Positions 19,737-29,530 of a stretch of DNA of 64,000 bases are shown one piece after another. Below the pieces are notes generated by a model. The model was not told the DNA's origin. It searched no databases and saw only the letters and a program-made list of their open reading frames with translations. Source of the stretch: Nitrosopumilaceae archaeon (GTDB lineage: Archaea > Thermoproteota > Nitrososphaeria > Nitrososphaerales > Nitrosopumilaceae); contig CBDCCK010000002.1 in assembly GCA_965214835.1 (NCBI GenBank), positions 1,216,001-1,280,000 on the forward strand, written 5' to 3'. Position 1 is the stretch's first letter. The number at the start of each line of letters is the position of its first letter. Made by a program: the position numbers and the translations under genes.

Positions 19737-19943
19737 CCGGTTTTTTCTAACCTTGTGCCAAGCTCCCAACTGTCTCCCAAAAAAGCAGCTGAATTCATAC
19801 GAGCTTGTTTTTGGATCCAAAATAGCAGGATCAGTCAAGCCTGTGTGGCTCTAGGAGATTTTCGAGTTTTGTCTCATGCCTGCAAACCTTGTAGTTTTTG
19901 CCTCCTGCACTGTTTTGAAGCTGGCCAAAAAATACTGCATGCC

Positions 19944-20032
19944 GTAGTACGTACAGTTGAAAACGGATCATTTTTTATCGAAATAGGAACCATATGCCAA
20001 AATCATGATCCATTCTTTGGCGTGCACACTGC
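19944..20032 (+). mobile_element. MITE family D
   Basis: gtagtacgtacagttgaaaac..atttttatcgaaatagg..; matches 26801-26891 and the reverse complement of 34910-35098. Confidence 0.75.
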
Positions 20033-20171
20033 AGGTGCCGGTTGTGTGGGGGGAGACGGGTTTGACAGCGACTCTGCCCGGAGGCGCAGCAGAACACGCG
20101 TTCGATGACAGGGGAGCATATTGTTGTCGACCCCATCACCTGATGATGGGATCACAGTGGAATGGGAATCT

Positions 20172-20675
20172 TTATTTTTTTGAAATTGAGCAGCAGCTGT
20201 GCCTTTGCAGTCCACCTGCGATCCAGTAAATCGAGAAGGCCAGCACTCCAACGGAGATCAACTTTAGCTCCAGTCCCTGCATTGGGAAAACCGACAGGCC
20301 TCCGACTGCGCCCAAAACCACGGCCAGTGGCGCCGTGCATGCGGGACATCCCGGGGTAAACGCCGAGAACGCGCCTCCCAGAAACGCGGCCCCACCCGAT
20401 TTTGCCGAGTTTGCCATCCTTATTCTTTTCACCTTAAACGCAATCATCGCAATGTTGATTCCGCCAAGCGCTGCAATCACTGCGGTCAGTGCGATTGAGG
20501 TCGCAATGTGGCCCCCATACTCTTCTGATGCCGCATCTATATGGACGGGCAGCATCGACATTGTCAAAAAAAAGTATGCCGTACCCAGGCCGGCTGCGGC
20601 GACGACTGCAATGACTGCATATTTCCTGATTGTCAGCACGTTTGAAATCAGCTGCAGCCTGCCTGCCATGTACAC
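20172..20675 (-). CDS. membrane protein with CxxC motif (possible metal transport/redox)
   Basis: Four TM helices, GCPAC, C-terminal SCC. Confidence 0.7.
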   Translation of the reverse strand: MYMAGRLQLISNVLTIRKYAVIAVVAAAGLGTAYFFLTMSMLPVHIDAASEEYGGHIATSIALTAVIAALGGINIAMIAFKVKRIRMANSAKSGGAAFLGGAFSAFTPGCPACTAPLAVVLGAVGGLSVFPMQGLELKLISVGVLAFSIYWIAGGLQRHSCCSISKK

Positions 20676-20716
20676 GCTGTTGTACCTGACTGTATTTTAA
20701 CCATTTTTCAGATGTA

Positions 20717-20895
20717 GCTTGCTGCATAACCGTGCCTGAGCGCGTAAAAGCGGCTGTACGGGGTCACCTACCCTCATCAGCCAGGCACGAATCAGCATGC
20801 ATGATTGTGATTTTCGTGCCTAGATAGCAGGAGGACGTGACCACATACAAGCGGCTAGTTTTTTTTGTGCCTAAAATCAGGGTCATGCAACAGGC
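20717..20895. mobile_element. MITE family E (IS5-type ends) interrupted by MITE A
   Basis: Termini gcttgctgcataac / gtcatgcaacaggc resemble the IS5 TIR at 51461 and 54510; reverse complement matches 63007-63178. Confidence 0.7.
20756..20848. mobile_element. MITE family A
   Basis: gtacg...catac termini; 8-bp target duplication aagcggct. Confidence 0.9.
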
Positions 20896-20940
20896 TATTT
20901 GGATGGCAACCATTATTACTGCTCAGGAAACCCACTGCAC

Positions 20941-21192
20941 ATGGCCGACCTGACAGATGAGGAGACATCCATCCTGGTTCAATATGCCATACAAAGGTAC
21001 GAAAACGAGGAGGAGCTCCTAGCAAGGCTAAGGACCGTACTTGACGAGAAAAAAATCCAAAGGGCCGTTGACACCTTGATTGGAACCCAAAGAGTTAGGC
21101 GCATCGGACCTGAAACCCTGCAGAACAACGAGAGCCATACCGAAATGCCCGAACTGCCTGACTCCCTAAGGGAAATAATAAAAGGCCTCTAA
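20941..21192 (+). CDS. conserved hypothetical protein (winged-helix-like)
   Basis: Compact charged ORF convergent on the radical SAM gene. Confidence 0.65.
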   Translation: MADLTDEETSILVQYAIQRYENEEELLARLRTVLDEKKIQRAVDTLIGTQRVRRIGPETLQNNESHTEMPELPDSLREIIKGL

Positions 21193-22073
21193 AATCCCCT
21201 TAATCCTTGGGGCCTGACTGCCTCTGGATGCTGTCGCAGCCAGCTTAGCTGCTTTAGCATTTCCCCCTTGTCCTGCGGGAACGTTCCCTTGATGTTGTAT
21301 GCATTAGATCCGTGGTTTGCCCTGAAGACAACCTCGTCTCTTACGTCAATCTGCTCGATAAGATCGTAAAGCTCGCCCAGTGCCTCGTCGTCGTTAATCC
21401 TGGCAAACTCGCCTCCATACTTATCAATGAACTCCTCCTTTATTCCGTTCTCCAGGTAAAGTGTCAGTGCGCCTACGTAGTTTGGCGCACACGCGTTAAT
21501 GACATCCGCGGTTCCCTTGATGTGCTCCTTGGAGTATTTCCTTCCGCCCAGCCCCAAGATCACCATGCAGGACATCACGTATCCTGCATCCTTTGCCTTG
21601 TTTACTGCCTTGACTATGGTCTTTCCAATTGCGCCCTTTGTCACCTTTTTCAATACGACATCAGAGCCGCTCTCGACTCCCAGATACAGCATGTCCAGAC
21701 CGGCCCTGTTCATGCGTTGCAAATCCTCGGGGGATTTTTTCAGCAGATTCATCGGCATGGCATAGCAGGAGATCCTTTCAACAGACAGAAACTTCTCCCT
21801 GATGTACCTTACAATCCTTATCATGTATTCTGTATCCAGATTCAGCGCATCCCCGTCTGCCAAAAACACCCTTCTGGTCTGGGGCATGTGTTTTGCCATC
21901 AGATCGATCTCTGCCCTTACCTCGTCCCACGGCCTTTCTGCATACTCTTTGGATCTATACATGTCACAAAAGGAGCACTCGTTGAACGAGCAGCCTAGGG
22001 TGACCTGGAAGATCAGCGACCTGGCCTCTGAGGGCGGCCTGTAAAGCGGATGGTCGTAGTTTAGCTCCATCAT
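21189..22073 (-). CDS. radical SAM protein
   Basis: YRPPSEA, CSFNECSFC (CxxxCxxC), FRANHGSN. Confidence 0.9.
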   Translation of the reverse strand: MMELNYDHPLYRPPSEARSLIFQVTLGCSFNECSFCDMYRSKEYAERPWDEVRAEIDLMAKHMPQTRRVFLADGDALNLDTEYMIRIVRYIREKFLSVERISCYAMPMNLLKKSPEDLQRMNRAGLDMLYLGVESGSDVVLKKVTKGAIGKTIVKAVNKAKDAGYVMSCMVILGLGGRKYSKEHIKGTADVINACAPNYVGALTLYLENGIKEEFIDKYGGEFARINDDEALGELYDLIEQIDVRDEVVFRANHGSNAYNIKGTFPQDKGEMLKQLSWLRQHPEAVRPQGLRGF

Positions 22074-22160
22074 ATCTGACTGGTGTCTGCCCTTTGGATT
22101 TTTATGTCTAGTGCCGGGTGCAAATACCTTTAGTGCCTGAGCGCCGCCCATAGGTAGCTC

Positions 22161-22463
22161 ATGTCCAATGTTCTACATGCAAAACGGCTTCTCTGGCTCG
22201 TTTTTGCAGGCTCCCGGGGAGGAGTCAACCGCCTTCGGATAATCGCCGAGCTGAGGAAGAATCCCATGAATACCAACCAGCTGTCAAACCAACTGCAGCT
22301 GGACTACAAGGCAATCCGGCATCATATCGGGGTACTGGAGAAGAACAACCTGATAGAAAAGGAGGGTGAAAAATACGGGGTTACCTATTTCATTTCCACA
22401 TTCTTAGAGGCAAATATGGGGGCATTTGAGGAAATTGCACATAAGTTGGATAAAAGTAAATAA
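22161..22463 (+). CDS. ArsR-family winged-helix transcription regulator
   Basis: GSRGG.NR.RII..PMNTNQL..LDYKAIRHH..L..YG. Confidence 0.9.
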   Translation: MSNVLHAKRLLWLVFAGSRGGVNRLRIIAELRKNPMNTNQLSNQLQLDYKAIRHHIGVLEKNNLIEKEGEKYGVTYFISTFLEANMGAFEEIAHKLDKSK

Positions 22464-22488
22464 GCACAGAGCGGGGGCTGATCTCTAA

Positions 22489-22773
22489 ATGGAATCCACC
22501 TCTGCAATCATGTCCATAGTCTCAATTGCAAACATCATAGTCCTGGGAATCCTGATTGCAACCTTTGGCAGGATATATGTCCGAACTAAGGCACAGCTTC
22601 CCATGGGAATGGTGGTGGTTGCAGGAATGCTGATCCTTCACAACATAGTCGGCGCGATGGCATACTTTTCAATGGAGATGCTGTTTTCTCACGACATATT
22701 CCCGTACCTGTTGGGCGTCGGCATAGCGGAGCTGGCAGGAATGCTGATCCTCCTAAAAATTACACTGGACTAG
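22489..22773 (+). CDS. small three-TM membrane protein co-transcribed with ArsR
   Basis: Hydrophobic ORF directly downstream of the regulator. Confidence 0.75.
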   Translation: MESTSAIMSIVSIANIIVLGILIATFGRIYVRTKAQLPMGMVVVAGMLILHNIVGAMAYFSMEMLFSHDIFPYLLGVGIAELAGMLILLKITLD

Positions 22774-22877
22774 TCCGTGGCTTATTTGTAATTACAAGAC
22801 TACGCAAATGACCTTCAGGCACCCCTTTTTTTCCTATGCAGCTAGTCCATGGTTTATTTGTAATTACAAGACCACAC
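22770..22877 (+). repeat. 36-bp direct repeat x2 containing TATA-like box and palindrome ttgtaattacaa
   Basis: 22770-22805 vs 22842-22877, four mismatches. Confidence 0.8.
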
Positions 22878-22882
22878 CCTGT

Positions 22883-23335
22883 GTGGATTCAAGGTCAAGG
22901 GAATACCTCAGGCTTAACAAAAACATCCTGATCGCACTTGCAGCCTCCATTACAATCTCTGCAGCCGTGGCGCAGGCCCTGGCTCAGCAGCATGACTATC
23001 TTAACACCATCTATACGCTCATTGCAGATTACATCGTATATTTCTCCGTGTTTGGCGGACTGTTCTATCTGGACAATCGCAAGAAATACCGGCTGGACTC
23101 CGGCGAGACTGACAACGCCCGTCTCCGACATGACCTGATCAAGATTATCATCTCTCTTGGAGTCGGGGAGGTCATCTACACGATTGCCAGGGGGTTCTCC
23201 CAGTATTACCTGCTGACAATAGGCCATGATCCGTACCTGGCATCCATTATAGCACAGGGACTCTCAACCATAGTATATGTGATAATCATAAATCTTAGTG
23301 TGACGATTACAAGGCTGTTCAGGGATGACCACTAG
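22883..23335 (+). CDS. GtrA-like four-TM membrane protein
   Basis: Four TM helices; GTG start chosen downstream of the TATA-like box. Confidence 0.65.
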   Translation: MDSRSREYLRLNKNILIALAASITISAAVAQALAQQHDYLNTIYTLIADYIVYFSVFGGLFYLDNRKKYRLDSGETDNARLRHDLIKIIISLGVGEVIYTIARGFSQYYLLTIGHDPYLASIIAQGLSTIVYVIIINLSVTITRLFRDDH

Positions 23336-23681
23336 CATTTATGTCGACGGCTCCGGCGGTCCGAACTCCGGATATGGCTATTTCGTAAAAGAGTCCGGAA
23401 GGTCGTTTTACGAAAAAAGTCCCGATCTTACGAACAACCAGGCAGAATACATGGCAATAATTTCGGCCCTCAGGGATTTTGAGGGCTCCGACGACGAGGT
23501 CATCATCTACAGCGACTCTAAGAACACCGTATCCCAGCTAAACCACGAGTTTGCAATCAACAACGAGCGTCTCCGTACCCTGGCCCGGGAGGCATGGGAG
23601 CTTGTCGGAAAGTACCGGAATCTAAAGCTACAATGGGTTCCGCGAAAGGAAAATCCGGCCGGCAAGATGCTTGGAAGCTGA
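23325..23681 (+). CDS. rnhA: ribonuclease HI
   Basis: YVDGS, TNNQAEY, YSDS, WVPRKEN. Confidence 0.9.
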   Translation: MTTSIYVDGSGGPNSGYGYFVKESGRSFYEKSPDLTNNQAEYMAIISALRDFEGSDDEVIIYSDSKNTVSQLNHEFAINNERLRTLAREAWELVGKYRNLKLQWVPRKENPAGKMLGS

Positions 23682-23748
23682 TGCGGAGATCGGGGCTTTT
23701 TCATGAATAGCTTTATTATGGAAAATCAACGAGTTTCCCTTGTTCGGC

Positions 23749-25845
23749 ATGGCATCCTCGGTTTTTCTTTCGCCAAAATCCATTGCAATTATCGGCGCGT
23801 CCGACAAGGAGGGAAGCGTGGGGCGTGCCATTACATCAAACATTATGAAGGACTACAAGGGGGCCATTTATCCGATCAGCCCTACTAGGCCCAAGGTTTT
23901 CAATAAAAAGGCGTACAAGAGCGTCTTGGATGTCCCAAAACCCATTGATCTTGCAGTTGTCGTGACAAAGAACACAGTCGTTCCTGCGGTCTTGGAGGAG
24001 TGCGGCAGGAAGAAAATCAAGGGCGCAATCGTAGTCACCGCCGGCTTCAAGGAGGTCGACGAGGCAGGCAGGAGACTAGAGCAGGAACTAAAAGACATTG
24101 CCAAAAAATACAAGCTGCAGATAATCGGACCCAACTGTCTTGGGGTGATGAACCTTGATCCCAAGACAATGATGAACTCCACCTTCCTCAAGATCACCCC
24201 AGAGTCAGGAGAGATTGCCCTAGTCTCGCAGAGCGGCGCAATCTGCGCTGCCCTAGTCGAGGATGCAAGCGCACAGGGCATTGGGTTCTCTGCCGTAATC
24301 TCCATGGGAAACAAGGCAGATCAGACCGAGATTGACGTCCTCAAGATGCTGGCAGCCCACAAGCAGACCAGGGTCATCGTAATGTATCTTGAGGACATGG
24401 GGGACGGACAGGAGTTCCTCAAGGTATGCAAAACCATTACCAAAAAGCACAAAAAGCCGGTTCTGGTTCTCAAGTCGGGGAGGAGTCCGGAGGGCGCAAA
24501 GGCTGCAATGTCCCATACCGGGGCCCTGATGGGCTCAGATGAAATCTATGACGCACTGCTTGCACAGTCCGGGGCAATCCGCGTTGATACGATGGGGGAG
24601 CTGTTTGACTATGCTGCTGCATTCTCAAAACAGCCGCTGCCGTCAAAGGGCGACCTGGTAATCGTCTCAAACGCGGGAGGCCCTGCAATCATCTCGACTG
24701 ATGCATGCTCTAGGCTGGGAATCAAGATGGCAAAGATCGAGTCCATCCGGCCGAAAATCGACAAGGTCATCCCCCCGTGGGGGAGCTCCAGGAACCCCGT
24801 TGACATTGTGGGTGATGCCGACTTTAACCGCTTTCGCGGAGTGCTAGACGAGGTTCTAAAGCACAAGAATGTCGGCTCTGTAATCTCAATGTGTACGCCT
24901 TCTGCAACCTTGGACTATGACAAGCTGGCGCAGGTCATCGTAGAGATGTCCAAAAAATACAAGAAAACCATGCTTGCCAGCCTGATGGGACGGGACGAGG
25001 GGGCCACAAACCGGGAAATCCTGGCGGCCGGGGGCGTTCCCTATTATAATTATGCCGAGGGCGCAATCCGTGCCCTGAGCGCGATGCTGAGATTCTCCAA
25101 GTGGGCAGGCACGCCGACCGGCTCTGTTAAGAAATTCAAGGTAGACAAGGACAGGGCGGCCGAAATCTTTGCCAGGGTAAGAGGGGAGGGCAGGTCAAAC
25201 CTGCTAGAGGAGGAGGGCCAGGCGGTTCTCAGGGCGTACGGACTTCCCCTGCCAAAAAGCCAGCTTGCAAAGGACGCAGACGAGGCAGTCAGGGCTGCCA
25301 AAAAAATCGGCTATCCGGTCGTAATGAAGATCGCCTCGCCGCAGATCATCCACAAGTCCGATGCCGGCGGAGTCAGGGTAAACCTGGCCGGAGAAAGGGA
25401 GGTTCGCTTGGCATACAGCGCAATTATCAAAAACGCCAGGGCCTACGACAAGAACGCACAAATCAAGGGGGTCCTGATCGTTGAGATGGTAAGTGAGGGC
25501 AAGGAGATGATCATCGGCTCGAAGCTTGAGCCCGGATTCGGTCCCGTCATAATGCTCGGCATGGGCGGAATCTATGTCGAGGTTCTCAAGGATGTGACGT
25601 TCAGGCTTGCACCTGTAACTGGAAGGGAGGCAGATGGCATGATTGCATCGATCAAGACGCAAAAGCTCCTTCGGGGCGTCAGGGGCGAGAGGCCATCGGA
25701 TCTTGCGGGCCTCTCCGAATGCATCCAGAGACTCTCCCAGCTGGTCACTGACTTTGGGGAGATCAAGGAGCTTGACATGAATCCTGTGCTTGTCATGGAA
25801 AAAGGAAAAGGGTGCAGGATCCTAGACGTGCGCATAGGCATCTGA
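23749..25845 (+). CDS. ADP-forming acyl-CoA synthetase, probable 4-hydroxybutyrate-CoA ligase (3HP/4HB cycle)
   Basis: IGAS, GPNCLG, SQSGA, SHTGAL, NPVD, HKSDAGGV ATP-grasp; resembles thaumarchaeal 4HB-CoA ligase as recalled. Confidence 0.85.
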   Translation: MASSVFLSPKSIAIIGASDKEGSVGRAITSNIMKDYKGAIYPISPTRPKVFNKKAYKSVLDVPKPIDLAVVVTKNTVVPAVLEECGRKKIKGAIVVTAGFKEVDEAGRRLEQELKDIAKKYKLQIIGPNCLGVMNLDPKTMMNSTFLKITPESGEIALVSQSGAICAALVEDASAQGIGFSAVISMGNKADQTEIDVLKMLAAHKQTRVIVMYLEDMGDGQEFLKVCKTITKKHKKPVLVLKSGRSPEGAKAAMSHTGALMGSDEIYDALLAQSGAIRVDTMGELFDYAAAFSKQPLPSKGDLVIVSNAGGPAIISTDACSRLGIKMAKIESIRPKIDKVIPPWGSSRNPVDIVGDADFNRFRGVLDEVLKHKNVGSVISMCTPSATLDYDKLAQVIVEMSKKYKKTMLASLMGRDEGATNREILAAGGVPYYNYAEGAIRALSAMLRFSKWAGTPTGSVKKFKVDKDRAAEIFARVRGEGRSNLLEEEGQAVLRAYGLPLPKSQLAKDADEAVRAAKKIGYPVVMKIASPQIIHKSDAGGVRVNLAGEREVRLAYSAIIKNARAYDKNAQIKGVLIVEMVSEGKEMIIGSKLEPGFGPVIMLGMGGIYVEVLKDVTFRLAPVTGREADGMIASIKTQKLLRGVRGERPSDLAGLSECIQRLSQLVTDFGEIKELDMNPVLVMEKGKGCRILDVRIGI

Positions 25846-25859
25846 TCACTCCTTATCCA

Positions 25860-25950
25860 GTGAGAGTTTACCCCTCCAATGAGATACGGCGTGGAAGTCG
25901 TGATCATGGCGGCCTCGGCCAGCAGTGTCGCCTTGGGGGTAAACTCTTAC
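25860..25950 (+). mobile_element. MITE family B
   Basis: TIR gtgagagtttac/gtaaactcttac; target duplication ccttatcca. Confidence 0.85.
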
Positions 25951-25992
25951 CCTTATCCAAACCGCATCCCGTACTGCCAGCGTGAGACCGCA

Positions 25993-26733
25993 CTACAAAA
26001 GGCTCTCTGCAAGCCATACGGTATGCACGATGCTGATGCCTACTGCCACGGCCATGCCTGCAACCGCATACCTGAGGCATGCGACCGCGTGCCTGGTTCT
26101 TGCCAGCAAGACCAGGGGCAGGCCCATGGCTCCCCCTGCAACACTCATGCCGGCGATGCTGCCTGCTCCAAACAGCGCCAGAAAGTAGATCACGGCCTCA
26201 AACCCGCCCGCTGTTGAGGCCATCAGCGCCACCAGGCCCCCGCTGCCGGCTAATCCGTGGAGGCATCCGATCAGATACGCCCTGTGGCCGTGACGGTGAT
26301 CTCCGCCGTGGGTGTGGCGGTGCGTGTGCGATGTGCCGTCCTCGTGCGTGTGGGGATGGGCGTGGCCCCGGCTCCAGACGCCCCGGTTCCTTGCCACCAG
26401 TACTCCGAGGGCTATCAGCACCAGCCCGACGGCAAGTTCTGCACCTGCAAAAAGCCCGTCAGGAACGCTCAGCGACAGGCCCGCAATCAGCAGGCCTACC
26501 AGTATTATGCTGGAGGTGTGTCCTGCCCCCCACATCATCCCCCTCAGCGAGGAGGCCACGGCCAGCCTCCTCAGATCGGGTCTCCTTGGGGAGACGGTGC
26601 CGATGCGATTCAGCGTGGAGACGGCGCTTAGATGATCAGGCTCAAAGGCGTGAACCAGCCCGACTGCCAGGCCTGCAAACACCATCAAAACGGGGTTGCC
26701 CGCATGCAGCGCCTCTACTATGCCGTCAATCAA
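25993..26733 (-). CDS. His-rich nickel/cobalt permease (UreH/NicO-like)
   Basis: GLVHAFEPDH, WGAGH, HAHPHTHEDGTSHTHRHTH loop, GCLHGLAGSG. Confidence 0.85.
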   Translation of the reverse strand: MIDGIVEALHAGNPVLMVFAGLAVGLVHAFEPDHLSAVSTLNRIGTVSPRRPDLRRLAVASSLRGMMWGAGHTSSIILVGLLIAGLSLSVPDGLFAGAELAVGLVLIALGVLVARNRGVWSRGHAHPHTHEDGTSHTHRHTHGGDHRHGHRAYLIGCLHGLAGSGGLVALMASTAGGFEAVIYFLALFGAGSIAGMSVAGGAMGLPLVLLARTRHAVACLRYAVAGMAVAVGISIVHTVWLAESLL

Positions 26734-26800
26734 CCTGCCGCCGCACCCCGTGACGTCTCATGCTGCCCTGCAAGACGGCGGGCCTGACTGCAGCCGTACC

Positions 26801-26891
26801 ATGGTGCGTACAGTTGAAAACCGAGCATTTTTTATCGAAATAGGCGCGATGTGTCAAAACCATGATTCCATTTTTTTGATGTGCGCATTAC
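26801..26891 (+). mobile_element. MITE family D
   Basis: Similar to 19944-20032. Confidence 0.75.
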
Positions 26892-26953
26892 GGCAGGAAC
26901 GGTGCTCAGAAAATGCCCGGTGCGCACCTGCAGTACCACGGCCCCGACGCTCA

Positions 26954-28084
26954 TCAATCCCTCCTCGGGATCTCGGCGCGCGGGCCGCCAAAGCTGTATG
27001 TGTTTCCGGTACCACGATAGTCGTGCGGCCTTACGGGGTCGCCGCCGTCAAGGCCCCTCTTTGTCAGCGACAGTCCTGCAAGCAGCTCCACGACCAGCCT
27101 CTGTCCGAGTCCAGAGGTTATGCCCCCGTTGTACGAGCTAGAGTCGCTGACATCATATGCGGGTGCAATCTCCACCAGATCCATTGCAAACCTGTCCGGA
27201 TCAAACGACTTTGAGAGCAGGCGTATCATCCTGATCCCCTCCCTTGAGGTGAGCCCGTTGGGCTCAGGCTCCCCGGTTCCCGGCGCGTATGCCGGATCAA
27301 AGGAGTCGATGTCCCAGCTGAGGTATACTGCGTCGGTGCCGTCGTTTGCCCTGTCGGCTATCTCCTTTGCGATATAGTCTATCCCAAGCTCCTCGACGTC
27401 TAGCATCGTAAACCATTGGAAGTCCTGGTCGGCCATCCACTTGTACAGGTCGGGGCCGGGCCAGTATCCCCGGGGGCCCACAAGCGAGTAGTTCCTGCCC
27501 TTGAGGCATCCGATCTCCATTATCCTCCTGATGTGCGCCCCGTGGTCGTACTTGAATCCCGTCAGCCCCTGCGGGGCGCAGTCGGCATGGGTGTCAAAGT
27601 GAATCATGCCTATGTTCTTGAACTTTTTGGCAAAGGCCCGCACGTTTGCATACGTAATGGAGTGATCCCCGCCGAGCATGACAGGTATGCCGTCTGCCTC
27701 TAGGACCTCCTTTACCTTCAGGGTCATCCGCTTGTGCGACTCTACGACGTCGCCGGGCGAGACGACCACGTCGCCATAGTCTACGGTCCGGAAGGTTCCA
27801 AACGGGTCTGCACCGGTCTCTATGTTGAAGCGCTCGTAGGGGGGCGAGGGGATAGTGGAGGCTGCGCGTATGGCCCTTGGCCCGTACCTTGCCCCGGGCC
27901 TGATGGTGGTGCCAAAGTCAAACGGCTCGCCTATGATTGCAACGTCGGGCTTTGCCTCAAGCAGCTCCTTGTGCGTCTTTACCCAGGGCAGGTGCAAAAA
28001 CGTGTTGATTCCAACAAAGGGGGCAACGTCTGCACCCTTGTAGTCATCACCGTAAAACTCCATGCCCATGTGAATCAGATCCAA
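26954..28084 (-). CDS. ureohydrolase (agmatinase/guanidinobutyrase-like, arginase superfamily)
   Basis: RPGARYGP, GGDHS, DTHAD, SWDIDSFDP, PGTGEPEP, DLVEIAP. Confidence 0.9.
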   Translation of the reverse strand: MDLIHMGMEFYGDDYKGADVAPFVGINTFLHLPWVKTHKELLEAKPDVAIIGEPFDFGTTIRPGARYGPRAIRAASTIPSPPYERFNIETGADPFGTFRTVDYGDVVVSPGDVVESHKRMTLKVKEVLEADGIPVMLGGDHSITYANVRAFAKKFKNIGMIHFDTHADCAPQGLTGFKYDHGAHIRRIMEIGCLKGRNYSLVGPRGYWPGPDLYKWMADQDFQWFTMLDVEELGIDYIAKEIADRANDGTDAVYLSWDIDSFDPAYAPGTGEPEPNGLTSREGIRMIRLLSKSFDPDRFAMDLVEIAPAYDVSDSSSYNGGITSGLGQRLVVELLAGLSLTKRGLDGGDPVRPHDYRGTGNTYSFGGPRAEIPRRD

Positions 28085-28209
28085 TACATGGCGTTAGTAA
28101 TTAAAGATTACAAGTAAAGTACGAATCGGCCTTCCTCATAACCTGCAACGGCTGCAAAATACAAAAAACGCGCCATGTGTAATGTACGATTCAACTATAA
28201 AAATAATAC

Positions 28210-29499
28210 ATGGGAATCATTTCTGTGGCCAAAAAAAGCGCCGGACAATTTTTGGAGGAGGCCATGGCGGCAATACACTACGGCCAGTACAAAAAGGCAA
28301 TCTCAAGGCTCAACAGAGCACTCTCCCTTGATCCCACCAACATGACGGCGCGGCTTTACAGAGGCACGGTACTGTGCCGGATCAAGGACTACAAAAGCGC
28401 GATATCATGCTTTGATGACATCATATCTGCCGATCCCAAAAACGCAGACGCCTGGCACCACAGGGGACGGGCGCTTGAGGGAATGCGGAGATACGGGGAG
28501 GCAATGCCGTGCTTTGAAAAGGCCCTGGAGATCGATGCAGTACACCCGGACTCGGCCACATCTGCTGCCATGTGCCTGAGCAGGCTGGGCCGCAACGAGG
28601 AGGCACTTGTGGCAATAGATGTGGTTCTGTCGGGCCGCCCAAACGACGCGGCGGCGCTACACGGCAAGGGCCTGATCCTTGGCAGGCTGAAAAGGACGCC
28701 TGAGGCAGTCGGGTTCATAAACAGGGCAGCGGAGGCAGACGCAAGAGAGTCCGACAGGCTGTACGAGGAGGGCCAAAGGCTCACAAGGCAGGGAAGGCAC
28801 GAGGAGGCAGTCAGGCTCTACACCAGGGCTCTGGAAAGGAACAACAAGAACACCCGGGCACTTGTGGCCAAGGGGTGGTGCTTTGACTTTGCCGGGTTCC
28901 CAAACAGGGACATCTTTGAGTTCTACGACAGAGCCATACGGATAGATCCCAGGTGCACCGAGGCGCTGATAAACAAGGGACTGGCGCTGGACAAGACCGG
29001 ACTGTACAAAAAGGCCATACGGTGCTTTGAGAGAGTCCTGGAGTACGACCCAGAAAACGTCAGGGCGACATACAGCAAGGGCGTCTCACTGTTCTCACTC
29101 AAGCAGCCGGGGGCGGCAATGTTCTACTGCCGGCGCGCCCTGGAGATCGAGCCAGAAAACACCATGGCACTGTGCAGCATGGTGTGGCTCCTGGAGCACT
29201 CCAAGCGGCATGCCGAGGCGCTTGAATACTGCGAGAGGGCCCTGAGTGTCAGCCCAGATTACGTGTATGCGATAAGCTACAAGGCAAAACTGCTCCTGGC
29301 GCTGGAAAGATACGAGGAGTCCATAAGATGGTACGACAGGGCCCTCGGCCTTGACCCGGACAACCAGACTGCCATGTACCACAGAAACATGGCCGCTGCA
29401 AAGCTTGACCGGGTGAAGAGGGGCCCGGTACTGGAGGGCCTGACGAGATTCCTGCGGTTGGGCATCCCCCGCAGGGGGCAGGGCAGCGCGCCGGCTTGA
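28210..29499 (+). CDS. tetratricopeptide-repeat protein
   Basis: About 11 tandem 34-aa repeats (A..KG..L..L..Y.EA..CF..AL.IDP). Confidence 0.9.
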   Translation: MGIISVAKKSAGQFLEEAMAAIHYGQYKKAISRLNRALSLDPTNMTARLYRGTVLCRIKDYKSAISCFDDIISADPKNADAWHHRGRALEGMRRYGEAMPCFEKALEIDAVHPDSATSAAMCLSRLGRNEEALVAIDVVLSGRPNDAAALHGKGLILGRLKRTPEAVGFINRAAEADARESDRLYEEGQRLTRQGRHEEAVRLYTRALERNNKNTRALVAKGWCFDFAGFPNRDIFEFYDRAIRIDPRCTEALINKGLALDKTGLYKKAIRCFERVLEYDPENVRATYSKGVSLFSLKQPGAAMFYCRRALEIEPENTMALCSMVWLLEHSKRHAEALEYCERALSVSPDYVYAISYKAKLLLALERYEESIRWYDRALGLDPDNQTAMYHRNMAAAKLDRVKRGPVLEGLTRFLRLGIPRRGQGSAPA

Positions 29500-29530
29500 A
29501 TATTTTTATATCTGTTTTGGGATATGATAC

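Noticed and set aside
28085-28209. Guanidine riboswitch upstream of the ureohydrolase or symporter
   Set aside because: No recognisable guanidine-I/II/III motif; the leaders are short and AT-rich
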